64,000 nucleotides of DNA from Mayamaea pseudoterrestris (lineage: Eukaryota): the NCBI GenBank assembly GCA_027923505.1, contig BROI01000005.1, positions 434,001 through 498,000 on the forward strand, in the 5' to 3' direction. Shown piece by piece: positions 9,879 to 22,667 of the stretch. The notes under the pieces were generated by a model. It saw nothing but the letters and a program-made list of their open reading frames with translations, was not told where the DNA came from and did not search any database. The stretch's first letter is position 1, and each line of letters opens with the position of its first letter. The position numbers were made by a program, and so were the translations under genes.

Positions 9879-12798
9879 ATGGCGCGCTGGTTCCGGTCGG
9901 AACCAATGGAGTACATTAGTCTCATTGTGAATGAAGACGCGGCTCACGATTGTTTGGCTGATTTGGGAAGGCTCGGAGTGATTCAGTTTACGGATGTAAG
10001 TGCTGCTGTTGCTTTTTCAAATTATCGTGCATGCTAGACTGGTCATCTCTATCTATCACTGCTTTGTGAAAAATGGATGGATCAAAAATTTGCGAGAATT
10101 TGCCTTTTAAATTCATTTGGCTGCTCAAGGTGGATGCATGGCAGCCACAGAGCAGCCGTTGCTGCCACCACAACGGATGATGACCTTTATTCTTGAGCAA
10201 GTTTTCCCGATCTGTGTCTAACGTTTTGGACTTTTCTCTTAATGTCACCAGCTCAACCCCGACTTGACGCCCTTTCAACGTCGCTACGTTTCCTACGTGA
10301 AGCGCTGCGATGAGCTCGAGCGCAAACTTCGTTTCTTTGTCAATGAGATTGAACGCTTCGAGCTTGACATGGTCTCAGCTGGCTCGGTTGACTCCTTTGT
10401 CAACTCGTCGGCATCGCTCATGTCGGATCACGGCTCGAAAAAGACTGGAGCGCAGCTCTTGGAAAGCTTGGAGGTTGAACTCGAAGGGTATGAAGCGCAG
10501 CTTCGCGAGCTCAACAACTACTCGGAAAAGCTCACTATGGAGTACAATGAAAAGGTGGAGCTACAAGAAGTCCTTGAGAAGGCTCGTCGCTTTTTCATGA
10601 CGGACGCTCCTCGTCTTGCCGTCAGCGAGCTTACAAGCACTGGTCAGGACATGCATTCGAGCGATGCTGGCTTGTTGCAGTCGGACAATGCTCCTCGCCC
10701 CGACTTGGACATGCGCTTTAGCAGCATTACAGGCGTTGTCTCGACGGAAGAAAAATCACGCTTTGAGCGCATGATCTTCCGCGCCACGCGTGGTAACTGC
10801 TACGTTCGCTTTGCTCCGATTCAGCAGCCCATTACGGACCCAGAGTCGGGTCAGCTTGTGGAGAAGAGTGTCTTTATCATTTTCTTCAAGTCGGAAAGCA
10901 TTGAAACCAAGCTCAAGCGCATTTGCGACGCCTTTGGTGCTCATCGCTACTCGCTTCCCGACATGGACGACGCTGGGTCGGTTGATACCATGCTGACGGA
11001 GAATGCTCAAGAGTTGGTTGACTCGCGCACTGTTTTGTTAAAGAACCAGGACACGCGCTTTCGTCTTTGCCAGCTCCTTGCCAAGCACACGGAGCGCTGG
11101 ACGTGGCTTGTACTTCGCGAAAAGGCTGTCTACCACTCGCTCAACATGTTCAAGGCTGACGTTTCCGGCATGCTTCGCGGCGAAGGCTGGGTTGTTGCCG
11201 AGTCGACGGATGAGGTCAAGGAGGCCGTCGAGCGTGCGCATGCCAGCATGGACTTGCACTTGCCGTCATTGGTGGACCTTGTGCCGCAGCCGTGGCCGAC
11301 ACCTCCGACGCACTTTATGACAAACAAGTTTACCTATGGTTACCAGGAGTTTGTCAACACGTATGGTATTCCACGTTATCGGGAGGCCAATCCTGCCTTG
11401 TTTACGGCGGCGACCTTTCCATTCTTGTTTGGTGTCATGTATGGAGACGTTGGCCATGGACTGTTTCTGTTTTGCGCCGGTCTTTACCTGCTCTGGAATG
11501 AGAAGGCGAACGAAGGCGCCAAACTTGGCGAGATGGGCGAGGGCATGCATGCTGGTCGCTACATGATTGTCATGATGGGCTTTTTCGCCGTCTATGCCGG
11601 TTTGATTTACAATGACATGTTTTCGCTTGGCCTCAACTTGTTTGGATCTCGCTTCACGTTTGAAGGCCAAGATAGCCTCTCGGTGGAAGAAGCTGCCGTC
11701 GCGACGAACGATCACGAGTATGGATCTAATGACTCTGTCTATCCCTTTGGTTTGGATCCCATCTGGCACGTTAGTTCCAACGAGCTTTTGTTCTTCAACT
11801 CGTTCAAGATGAAGTTGTCGGTCATCTTTGGTATCATTCAGATGTTTTCCGGCACTTGCCTCAAGGGTCTTAACGCCGTTTACTTTAAGGACAGGCTCAG
11901 CTTCTTCTACGAGTTTCTTCCAATGGCTGTCTTTGCCCTTTCGCTCTTTGGCTACATGGTGATTTTGATTCTATCCAAGTGGTGCATTAACTGGAACTCG
12001 CGCATGCTTTCCGCCACATGCATTGACCCCGATGGTGATGGCTGGGGTTCAGCTGATTATGTTGGCGAATGGATCAAGTGCAACGCCGGTGACGACTCTG
12101 ATGGCACCTGCACTCCTTGGGGATATGCATGCACTGGAAGCGACACGACTGCTGACAAGTGTCCGCTCGACTTTGGAGGATCAGGTGACGGCTGCCAGCC
12201 ACCAAACCTTATCACAACCCTCATCAACATTGCGCTCAACCCTGGAACTGTTGACGAGCCCTTGTACGCTGGTCAGGGAGGTGTCCAGAACATATTGATC
12301 CTGATGGCCTTCGTCTCGGTTCCGATTCTCCTTCTTGCGAAGCCTTACTTTCTCTCGCAGCAGCCGCACCGTGCCCTTGTCGAAACCCACGATGAAGAAG
12401 CTGGCGACGAAGACGACCACGAGAGCGACGACCATGGCTTTGGCGAGATTGTAATCCACCAGGCCATTGAGACGATCGAGTTTGTTCTTGGTATGGTGTC
12501 CAACACGGCTTCTTACTTGCGTCTGTGGGCGTTGTCGCTTGCTCACTCTGAACTTGCCACTGTGTTCTGGGAGAAGGCGATGCTTTCGACCTTGAACATG
12601 AACTTCTTTGCTGCCTTCATTGGTTATGGTGTCTTTGCTGGTGTTACGTTTGGCGTCTTGCTGATGATGGACGTTCTCGAATGCTTTTTGCATGCTCTCC
12701 GTTTGCACTGGGTCGAGTTCCAGAACAAGTTCTTTGCTGCCGATGGTATCCGCTTCGCTCCCTACTCGTTTAAGCAAATTATTAAGGACGCGGCGTAG
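9879..12798 (+). CDS. VHA-a: V-type H+-ATPase V0 subunit a; exons 9879-9995 and 10252-12798
   Basis: MARWFRSEPM start, FQRRYV...RCDELERKLRF, YGIPRYREANP, FPFLFGVMYGDVGHG, NTASYLRLWALSLAHSEL, LHALRLHWVEFQNKF; GT-AG intron 9996-10251 keeps frame. Confidence 0.97.
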
Positions 12799-13305
12799 TA
12801 ACTATTGAGTAAGTCGGCTACTAACCAAATGTTAAAAGGCTCTAAGAATACGTAAATGCCGTAGTGTATACTACTTCTCTAGCGATACCAAAGAAACGAT
12901 CCCTCGAATATGGATACCATGTCTCGTTGTTTGAACAGGATTTAATCTGCATAGACGCTCGCTTCTACGTCTGCTCTGTTCGCAACGACAATAGCTTTTA
13001 AACGAGGACTGATTGCGTGATTTCGTTGTTTGTGCATACCTGTATGTCATATATAGCAGGCGATGTGTCCAAGCGTGCAGTCGAGATGATCCACCTATAC
13101 ATCCAACCGGCAGCACAGCCCGACACTTAACTTAAAGAACCTGGAGCTACCACAAGTTTCTTTCTACTAGTTGTAGCGCTTCCTGTACCTAATCGTATGT
13201 ATCTGTACAACTCATTTTTTGTGTAGTTTGTCTAAATACAATAATTATCAGTTACGACGAAGAGTCCCAGTCAGGGAAACAAAACTGCCAAGTAGTGCGT
13301 GTCCT

Positions 13306-14392
13306 CTAAGCCCGCTTCTTCTCCTCATGGGAGACTTCCCAAGGCCGTGGAGGCGCCTTGGGAAGCGGTACACCGTTTGCTTCATCGCGCTCTCGTCGTG
13401 CACGACCCAAAGCCCATGCCGCTGTTCCTCGTTTGCGGCCCCAAACCAGTCCGCAGCTTGCAAGGCCATCAATAAAGAGCTTGCTCGGATTGAATTGACT
13501 GCTGATCCCGAACTCGCTTGCCGCATAGTCAAAAGGATACTTGTGATGCCAGTTGTGCCATCCTTCACCAACCGCGCACCAACTAACCAATGGATTCTCA
13601 GCAGGGTAGCTGAGAACATCATACGGATGGTCTCCATACAAGTGGGCTGCCGAATTGACCAACCAGGTAAAATGCAAGACAACACAATATCTCAAGGCAC
13701 CAGCAACCAAAAAGGCATTCCAATAGTCAGCTCCCCATCCGTAGTGCGCCACTTGCGCCGGCATGACGTAGCACATGTACAAGGCGAACCATGGGTCTAA
13801 CGTATGCTGCAGCTTGACCACCGGATCAGCCATGAGATCCGAAAAGTCCATTTCGCGACCAGCCTTGATGACATCAGGATGCTTCTTGATAAAGAGCCAG
13901 CCCATGTGCGCGAAAAAGAAGCCTCTCGTCGCATTGTGCGGGTCGGCATCCGTTTCGGAAAACTTGTGATGGACGCGGTGGTCACGGGCCCAGTGGTAGA
14001 TGGAACCTTGGTTGGCAATGCTGTTGCAGAGCATGAGAAAGACCCGAACCGGCAAGGCGGCCTCGTAGGAACGGTGTGACCATAGACGATGCACGCCGAC
14101 GGTGATACCAAAACCACTGTTGAGTCAAGGTGAAGCGAAAAAGATGTTAAACAAAAGTCACAACCGAGGCGAGCAAATCGCAAGGACGACACCACGCTTA
14201 CCTTATCGGCCATAGGATAAACGCCCATAGTAAAGTCTTGGCTTCTGCCTGAAAGACGGCAAACACGCCGGCAGTTGCTACCGCATGGACGAGCGAAATG
14301 TAAATGAGCATGGGCCAATTCACATTGCCGGCCTTGTAGTGATTCACCACCAGCGACGGAAGGTCGCTGACCATTCTGAAAGAGAGATCCAT
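13306..14392 (-). CDS. Delta-9 acyl-CoA/acyl-lipid desaturase; exons 14392-14202 and 14116-13306
   Basis: His boxes HRLWSH, HRVHH, HNWHH; GFFFAHMGWL; an 85-nt intron restores WPISGFGITVG. Confidence 0.95.
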
Positions 14393-15471
14393 TCTTGCGT
14401 AAGTAAGTTAATAGTTTCCTTTTGCGAACAGTGTGTTCCGTGGGAGACTTTCAGTTAATGAGCCTTTGGTTGCCACAGCGCGATTCTGTTTGGGAGTTCG
14501 GTTTTGTATTATGCAGCTGGTAAATCTTCTTCCACCGCCTCTTATCGACGACGACGACGACCAAGCTTTACGTTTGGCTTGTCATCACAACTGCCCGATT
14601 CTTGGTCAGCCGCCTCGTTTCTTCTGTGATGATGATGGCGACGAATGCAATGCTCAACGTCACGGCGCGGTTCGCGTGCGTGGCGAGGCCGATTCTCGGC
14701 GCGCCATCATACTTAAGGATAAGGTTAAATGGGAGCACGATCGGCGAGTTCTGTTCCTTCGCACGTAATCCGCGGTAAGAGTCCTACGGTACACTGTGAT
14801 CGATACAAGCAAAAAGGATCGGACTTGTTCAAACCGACACGACGAGATCGCTCGACACAAAAACGATCAGTAAAGCGATCGAAGCGTCTCTACGTAGGTG
14901 AGTGTGTCGGCGAGAAGCAATGCAGCTTTACTCGGCAAGTGTATCGATCAATATAGATGAGGGAATGGTGACGACATTGCAGTGTCGTGATGCATAGTTT
15001 GATTCGACGGTTGCGACGGAGGAAACGCGCATTCGTTCGCTCACCTGCAAGCTGCAAATTGCGACTTAGAAGTCGAAACGTCAAAAGCGACGACACCGCC
15101 ATCATTCATAGCTCATCTGTTTTTGCTGTGAATGTGTTCGAATGTACAATCACTTGCTTTGCGAGCTTGAATCTACAAGGTCGCCACTTGTTCCATTATC
15201 GTCATCCGACTCTTGGAAATCGCGAGACTTCGCCTTTTGATGCCGCTGTCGAGATTTTTAGCTCCGAGAGACATCAAGCATTTTCGTGTTCGCTTGTCCG
15301 AACGTGACCCCTTTGTCTGCGTCGTATGTTTAGCTATCAGCTTACTGTTCAAGCAACACGAAAGTCAATTTGGCTCTAACACCTATGTTCATCTACTTTT
15401 TTACAGGTTACTGATATGATCCTGCGATTACTAGCGTCCATACTTATAAATATTAAGCGATTGCAACTGCA

Positions 15472-16769
15472 ATGACATCGACACGGAACGAAAACAACGA
15501 TTATCAGGAAACAATTTTGGCAAGCGCTGCAGCCGACGATGACTATGCTGAGACGGAAGATGAAGAGGTTAAGTTGACATGCCTTGGCGGGATTCGAAGT
15601 TCCTACCATGATTCCGACATGGAGACGGCTTCCGAGGACGAAAATGATTCCGACGATGACGAAGATGACTCCGACGACGAGGAGACGAAGTGAGTGTGAA
15701 TGCTCTCATATACAACATTCACATGTTCATTTGCATGATGCTAACCGTGCATTGTTCGTAATTTTACTTCAGACGCGACGGGGTGGTGCAGTTTGTTTCT
15801 GAGCGCATTGGCATGACACAATCGCCAGTCGTTCGCCCCCAAGCAAATTCTCCGGCCCGCACGCCTGAAGCGCTGTTCTGCGCTGCCAATGACGCGCTTG
15901 CTACAAGTGACATTGATACCTTGGTGGTGCTAGACGATGTCGATGGCCAGCAGTATGATGAAGGCAATGATGATGGCGTACATCTCTCGGCTGATGTTCC
16001 TGGTTTCAGTCCGTTAGCAACTGATGATTACTCTGCCGTCGGCGACGATGACGAGCTTGGTGACGATAGCAGCAATGACGTGCTGGTCGGCATATTCGAT
16101 TATTTTGACGGCAACCCTACCCCATCGCACCAATCAGACACGTTTGACGAAATGACCTGGCTAGACCATCGAATTGGTGTGACCGAAGATAACGAGTGCT
16201 TTTTGACTAAGCCCCCAAAGGCGAAACGCGTTTTGTCTTACAGTACCTTGACCATGCTTAACGCCGATGCTGGACATAATGACGATGCGTTGAAGCGGAC
16301 AAAATGCGACGAGCCCGAGCAACGGTCACTGGATCTCCCGGATTTTAGCCTTGGGGCTCCTGCCATTTTGCAGACGGAAACGGAATGGACAATACTAAGG
16401 AGCAATACGCCATATCGCGAACGAAGAAACAGTTGCGTCTCAAGTGACGAAGAGGAATTGGATCGACGGTTGGAGCAAGAGCTTGATGAATGTTACGGGC
16501 AGAGCCGTGACAACACTCCCATTCCATTGTTGACACCGCCAGCCTCGCCTTTGATGGCGGACGATCATATTGTTGTCTGCGAATGGCCGTCAAATCTGAC
16601 CATTGACAATGCCATGACTGCTATATTGACTGATATTCGGCCATTGTCTCCACAGTCGTTGGACGATCCAGCGTCTGATGACGACACCAACAATCTAAAA
16701 GTTGCGCATGGAGGAAAGTCATCGGCTCTGACGCCTTTACTAAGAGGCATTTCAGTTGGACTGATATGA
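15472..16769 (+). CDS. Acidic low-complexity hypothetical protein; exons 15472-15689 and 15773-16769
   Basis: Two ORFs joined in frame by a GTGAGT...CTAAC...TTCAG intron; C-terminal TPIPLLTPPASP...CEWPSNL segment. No family recognised. Confidence 0.75.
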
Positions 16770-17031
16770 TAATACTACAAGTAATTATATTAATTACACC
16801 AACAGCAGTAATGTTGAACAACTTTAGGATCAAACATATCATTGTACCGGAAAGCCGGGCAACACGACGCGACAAATCGATAGCGTCGCCAAAGGTTTAC
16901 TGTTAGTTGACTAAATTACATCTACCGAAGCTACACACAAATTTCACGTCATTGTGTATGTACTATGTGATACTATTTTCGTTTACCTGTCCAACGTACA
17001 CGACTCAGTTCCCGTTCGGCTGACCTTACAG

Positions 17032-19408
17032 TTAATCAACTTGCTCCATGGCCGACTCCTCATTGTCATCGTCTCCATCAAGAGGCGGCAAATCCTCCAT
17101 GTCCTTGTCATCGGCGTCCTCATCGTCATCGTCAATCGAAAGACCCAACTTGACGAGACGGTGGATACGAGAGGCAAAGGTAGCAGGTTCTTCCAAAGAG
17201 AAACCAGACGTCAAAAGAGACGTATCGTACAAGAGCCAAATGAGATCCTTGACCGTCTTGTCGCTCTGGTCAGCCTGGGCCTTCTCGTTCAAAGCGGAAA
17301 TGATCGAGTTCATCGGGTTGATCTCCATCGTCTTCTTGGAGGTCATGTACGCCGACTGGGAGCTGTCGCGAAGAGCCTGAGCCTTCATGATACGCTCCAT
17401 GTTCGCAGTCCAACCATACTCGCCAGTGACAAGAACACACGGCGAATCAGCAAGACGGCTCGAGCAGACAACCTTCTCCACCTTGTCATCGAGAACTTCC
17501 TTCATGAGCTTGCATAGACTCTCCGTCTTCGCCTTGGCCTCCTCAAAGATCTTCTTCTCGTCCTCGTCGTCTTCAATCTCAAGTCCTTCCTTGGTCGCGC
17601 AGATCAGCTTCTTGCCTTCGTACTCCTTGAGCTGCTGGACGGCATACTCGTCGATGGGGTCAACGAGGAAGAGAACCTCATAGTTCTTCTTCTTGAGGCG
17701 CTCGAGGAACGGCGAATTCTCGACGGCCTTCTTCGACTCACCAGTGACGTAAAAGATTCCTGGCTGCTTGTCGTCCATGCGGCTAACATAGTCGTCGAGC
17801 GAAGTCATCTCTTCTCCGCTCTTGGACGAGTAGTAACGAAGCAACTTGGCAATCTTGGCGCGGTTGGTCGAGTCCTCGTGGATTCCGAGCTTGAGGTTCT
17901 TGGCAAACGACTCGTAAAACTTCTTGTACGCATCCTCGTTCTCGGCGAGCTCGTTGAACATTTCAATGCACTTCTTGACAAGATTCTTGCGAATGACGCG
18001 GAGAATCTTGTTCTGCTGGAGCGTCTCACGCGAAATGTTGAGGGGAAGATCCTCAGAGTCGACAACACCGCGGACGAACTGGAGCCACTCGGGCATTAGG
18101 TCCTCGCAATTGTCCATGATAAAGACACGGCGGACGTAGAGCTTAATGTGGTTGAACTTCTTCTTTGAACCTCCCTCAAACATGTCAAAGGGAGCGCGCT
18201 TGGGCGTAAAGAGAATAGCCTTGAACTCGAGTTGACCTTCGACCGAAAAGTGCTTGCAAGCGGCATAGTCCTCCCAGTCGTTCGAAAGAGCCTTGTAAAA
18301 GGCGGCATACTCGTCCGACGTGACATCCTCCGGCTTGCGCATCCAAATGGGCTTGGTGTTGTTCAAGTGCTCCCACTCGTGCGAGACTTCCTTGATCTTC
18401 TTGGTCTTCTTCTCCTTCTTGGCGTCCTCCTCGTCGTCAACTTCCTCGACCTTGGGCTTGTCATCGTCGCCTTCTTCTTCCTCCTCGTCTTCATCGTCCG
18501 TGACTTCCTTCTCCGTCGTCTTTTCGGTGTAGAGCATAATCGGGAAGCCAATGAATTCGGAATGCTTCTTGACCAAGTCCTTGATGCGCTTCTCCTCAAG
18601 GTACTCGCTCATGTCCTCCTTCATGTGCAAAATAATGCGAGTTCCACGCTTCAACGTCGGGTCCACCGTCTTGCTGACCGTAAAGCTCCCACCAGCCTCA
18701 CTAATCCAGGTGTGGCAGTCCGGGTCGTCATTGTGCTTGGACTCAACCTCAACCTTGTCCGCCACAAGGTAGGCCGAGTAGAAACCAACTCCAAACTGCC
18801 CAATCATGGAAATGTCCGCACCGGCGCTAAGCGCCTCCATGAACGCCTTGGTTCCAGACTTGGCAATAGTTCCAAGGTTGTTGACCAAATCCGCCTTGGT
18901 CATACCGATACCAGAGTCCTGAATGGTAAGAGTGTTGTTGGCCTTGTCCGCGATAATCTTGATTTCAAGATTGGGCTCCGAGTCCAAGACGGAAGCATCC
19001 GTCAAGGACTGGTAGCGAACCTTGTCAAGGGCATCAGACGCGTTGGAAATGAGCTCGCGCAAAAAGATTTCCTGTAGTCAAAGACGAGGCGGAAAATGAG
19101 ATACAATGCTATGAATGCGAAAAATGTTGCGCAAAACTCCTTCCGTCACGTACCTTGTTCGAGTAGAACGTGTTAATGATCAAGGACAAGAGCTGGTTAA
19201 TGTCCGCAGAAAACGCGTAACTTTCCTGTTCGGTAGACTGTGCAAGGCAAGAACAATATATGAGTGAGTCGATTGCTTTGCGAGAAAGTACAGCAGCGTG
19301 ACCGTCCGTATCCATCCATGGTTCGCTTTCGCCACTGCTTCCCTCCATTCAGCAGCAGCGGCAGCAGTAACGCTCTCGTCGCTTTTCACTCGTCATGATA
19401 CATACCAT
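17032..19408 (-). CDS. HSP90: Cytosolic HSP90; coding exons 19408-19406 (ATG only), 19237-19154, 19071-17032
   Basis: [53 protein letters not shown]-terminal MEQVD (MEEVD-type); canonical splice sites. Confidence 0.99.
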
Positions 19409-19524
19409 GGTTGCTGTTGAATGAAAACAATGGGTGCTTGAAACTGAGATTGTAGGTGCTTGCCGTGAATGTTTTTGTGTGCGAAGGAACAAATGCTGCG
19501 GCGCGCAAGGATTCCAATGGTTCG

Positions 19525-19664
19525 TCCACGTGGAAGTGCGGCCAGACGTGCAATGCGCGCGGAGCCACTCGTTTCGCAACCACTGCGCGCCGCTCCCATG
19601 CGAGCGACAAGTGGAAGTGGAAGAAACACAAGAAGTGTCGACTGCGTAACAGAAGGTGACGTCA
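19525..19664. promoter_or_regulatory. HSP90 upstream region with G-box palindrome TCCACGTGGA (19525-19534) and CRE/bZIP-type TGACGTCA (19657-19664)
   Basis: Motifs read directly 120-260 bp upstream of the ATG; function inferred only. Confidence 0.4.
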
Positions 19665-20183
19665 TACAGCTAGGAGTCGCAAGGGAATGATTTGAGCTAG
19701 CTGTGCCTTCTCTGCCTGTGAGCATTGAGCTTCAGCAATATCAAGCACGCATCTGAGTTTTCGGGTAAGTTTCTGTACATCCTTTATCATGCTTATAGTT
19801 ACAGCCTATCAATATCTTATTGCCACATGAACACAGTGTTTGGTGACTGATAGCTGAGCGAGTGGACCGGTTGTGCCAAGCTGCACTCCCTCTTTGCTTC
19901 AAACTTGATAAGATTGTTTTCAAGACTTATGATGGTAGTTACATACCGAGCAAGTGATTGTTGCAACTTCAGTTTGAGCGCCAATTCGTCGGCCATGGCC
20001 TAAGGTAGTGCTAAAAGGAACTTCGTTGGGAGGCCATCGTAGCGGCACTTAAAAGACTCCCTCGGACATTTCCGATTCGTCGCCAACATCGTGGGTCTCT
20101 CGCGGAGCCGTTTGAATCAACTTGCCCTTCACAATCGAATCTCTACAAGTACTCGCTAGCACTGCTTTAACATTTATATTATA

Positions 20184-20460
20184 ATGGGGAATGCCTTCAG
20201 TTTGGAAGACGAGGATGCCGACAATATTCAGTTTCAGTACAATTTAGAGTCACCAGACGCAGATTCTCAGCTTAACGGTGGAACAGCGGCTCCCAACTGT
20301 CAACCAAAGCATTCCATGGCAGCAATGGCGGCTACAAGCGAGCAGCAGCATGGTACGAAGCATGCGCGAACCAGCGAAGGAGCTGTCTCACGTAGTAACA
20401 GCAACGATGAAGACGACGACGATGAGGATGACGATGACAACAAGCGACAGCATTTGGCTG
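20184..20460 (+). pseudogene. 5' part of a host gene with N-myristoylation-like start (MGNAFS), cut off by the LTR at 20461
   Basis: ORF 20184-20561 switches from host-like sequence into LTR sequence at 20461 and stops inside the LTR; no continuation found after the element fragment. Confidence 0.6.
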
Positions 20461-20781
20461 TGTTGGATCTAGAATATATCTTGCGCGCCCTTGAAGCGAC
20501 ACTAATGATTAAGCAGAACAGAGTCAATAAAACCACTTTACTTATTTTCTCCAAGAAGTGATCGTCCTCGATCCACTCCTTCGGTTGCCGCTTACCGCGC
20601 TTACTTAAATGTGACCGTCTTCGTGACGTCACCGCTGCCGCTTCGGTTTGGGTTCTCATCCATGCTCAACACACTCCTTTGGGCCGAGTAGTACTTACTG
20701 CTCGAGGCCAGATTCATAACCAGGTTGCGGAGCTTGCCAAACTGGGCTCCCTGCAATGGTTTCGTGAAGAAATCCGCGACC
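20461..20781 (-). mobile_element. Truncated Ty1/copia fragment: 211-bp LTR (20461-20671), polypurine tract and 110 bp of RNase H end
   Basis: Matches 36272-36592 with no difference I could find; TGTTG...CAACA termini; no TSD (ggctg vs ggtgg). Confidence 0.95.
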
Positions 20782-20936
20782 GGTGGCCGCTATTTAAACC
20801 TAAAGTCATTGTTAGCTTACGTGACTACCTTCTCTACTAGCTTACCGGTACGTAGCGGTGAGAATCATCGTCGTCGTCGTTATTCGTCGAAACGTCCATA
20901 ACGATGCAATTAGTAAATGACGAATGCATGCTTTGC

Positions 20937-22360
20937 CTATCCAAACCACTTTGGCTTCTTCGTAGCTTTCTTGCTCGCATCACTGCTATTGCTGCTCGCC
21001 GCATCGCCCATTCTAGGATTGCCTCCCATCATGCGCTGCAACAGTGCTTCCTCTCGAGAGACTATTGTGGTCTGTTTGCCATCCTTTGCATCCTTGTTCA
21101 ATGCTACACCCGCACCCGCACCTTCTGCGCTTCTCGCGTCTACAACCGCTTTCCCAACTGGAAAATCCATAGTTCGCACCATGAACAAGTGGGATTGAAG
21201 TTGGAGCACCGCAGAGCTAAACACCTTGGCCGCCGGCACCAAGCCTTCCTGCTCGAGCGTGAGGTTATCGTCTAATACTCGCCGTGGCGGCGTAAGAAAC
21301 AAATCAAACAGTGGCAGTGATATCAACGGGGCAGTCCCGTCCATGGCAACATCTCCATCCACGTCAATTGCCGTCGATGATGCACTGCATTACATCACTC
21401 GAGAAGAACATTCCTTTGATTAAATTTCTGACTGCTCCCACTGCTTACGCAAGAATTTTCCAACCAACTTGATTCCATTTGGAAATTGTATTGTAACGGT
21501 AGCTTGTTTGTAGACGCGCTGGCGCTCCAATGTTTTTAAATCGCGCATGGCCTTGGTTGAAAATTGCTCACGCTCCCTTGCCGCAACCATTTGCCGTTGC
21601 AGTCGCTGTGCAATCAAAGACGCGTCGGATCCAGTGGATGCAGAAGTTTCGTTCCCAGAAATAAAAATATCTTCTTGATTATTGTTGCTTGGGATGGGCA
21701 TGGCTTGTCCAGGATGCAGCGCCATCCAATTAGGCGGTATATTTGCGAGCAGCCTTTCCAGCTCCTCCTTTTGTTGCTGTAGTTTCAACAGGCGCTTGGC
21801 TTCCGTCGGTGAAATGTAATTCACGTCTGGTTTGACGTCTCTAAGTCCAGCGGCGTGCGCGTTGGCATCAAAGCGATGACCCGCGTATATTGAATGAAAA
21901 GTTAGACCACCGGTACTAGCTGCTGCTGATTGCGAACCATTGAGTGTGCATGCGTAATCGTTGAGGCGCAATCAAGGAGCAATTGATTCGACTGATCGTG
22001 CAAATCTCGAATGGCCTGAGTTTGTAAGAGTCGACGTGCCGTGAGTAAATGGTTGGTGCTTTCATTGACCAGGTAAACAAGTCGTTTCGCCAACGCGATT
22101 CAAGCAACGGCGGATCCGACATGACTTGAATCCGCGTGCTAGAAGAAAATCGACGCCTCCTCGTCTAGCGATGATCTTCTGCTGAATGACTTTATTATCC
22201 ATTGAGCGTCCGAACCTGTCATCGGCTGGCTTGGAAATATTATTGTCAAGAATCCTACATGAAGGTATTCAATGTGGACTTCCGTTATGCATCAAAATTG
22301 CCTGAAAGGAGAATGTCAAGGGCAGCGTCCAATGCCGCGTATTGCAGATATGATGAAGGA
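20937..22360 (-). pseudogene. PUB + UBX domain protein (UBXN6/PUX-like p97 cofactor), multiply frameshifted
   Basis: PUB-like LDILLSGNFD...DNKVIQQKIIARRGGVDFLLARGF; UBX KAMRDLKTLERQRVYKQATVTIQFPNG and FDLFLTPPRRVL...TLEQEGLVPAAKVF; C-terminal KKPKWFG. Pieces lie in different frames; 5' end approximate. Confidence 0.75.
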
Positions 22361-22667
22361 GCATCAAACAATCGTAGAAGCTTCCTGGAGTGTAACTTTG
22401 AAGTGTGAGTTTATGTGCGTTTACTGTTTTATTACTGTAGTTGAAAGTAAAGGAAGCGTAACGATAACGAGCCGCGGCACCATGGTCGTGTATTAGACGG
22501 ATGAAAACCAGTTACGGGAGTGAAAGGGCTCAGTACCCGTCGTTGGCGCATCGCCATGGATGCAGTAGCGACACAATGACGATGAGCACGCAAGCAACTT
22601 GTTTCATCTTGCAGCTACTATTTGTGCTATCATCTAGCATTTATTCTATAGGCGTGGAATTATTGAA

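Noticed and set aside
18232..19077. 281-aa plus-strand ORF and other antisense ORFs over HSP90 and VHA-a
   Set aside because: Shadows of strongly biased codon usage on the coding strand; no independent motifs.
19430..19700. Canonical heat-shock element upstream of HSP90
   Set aside because: Scattered GAA/TTC units, but no clean array of three alternating nGAAn units.
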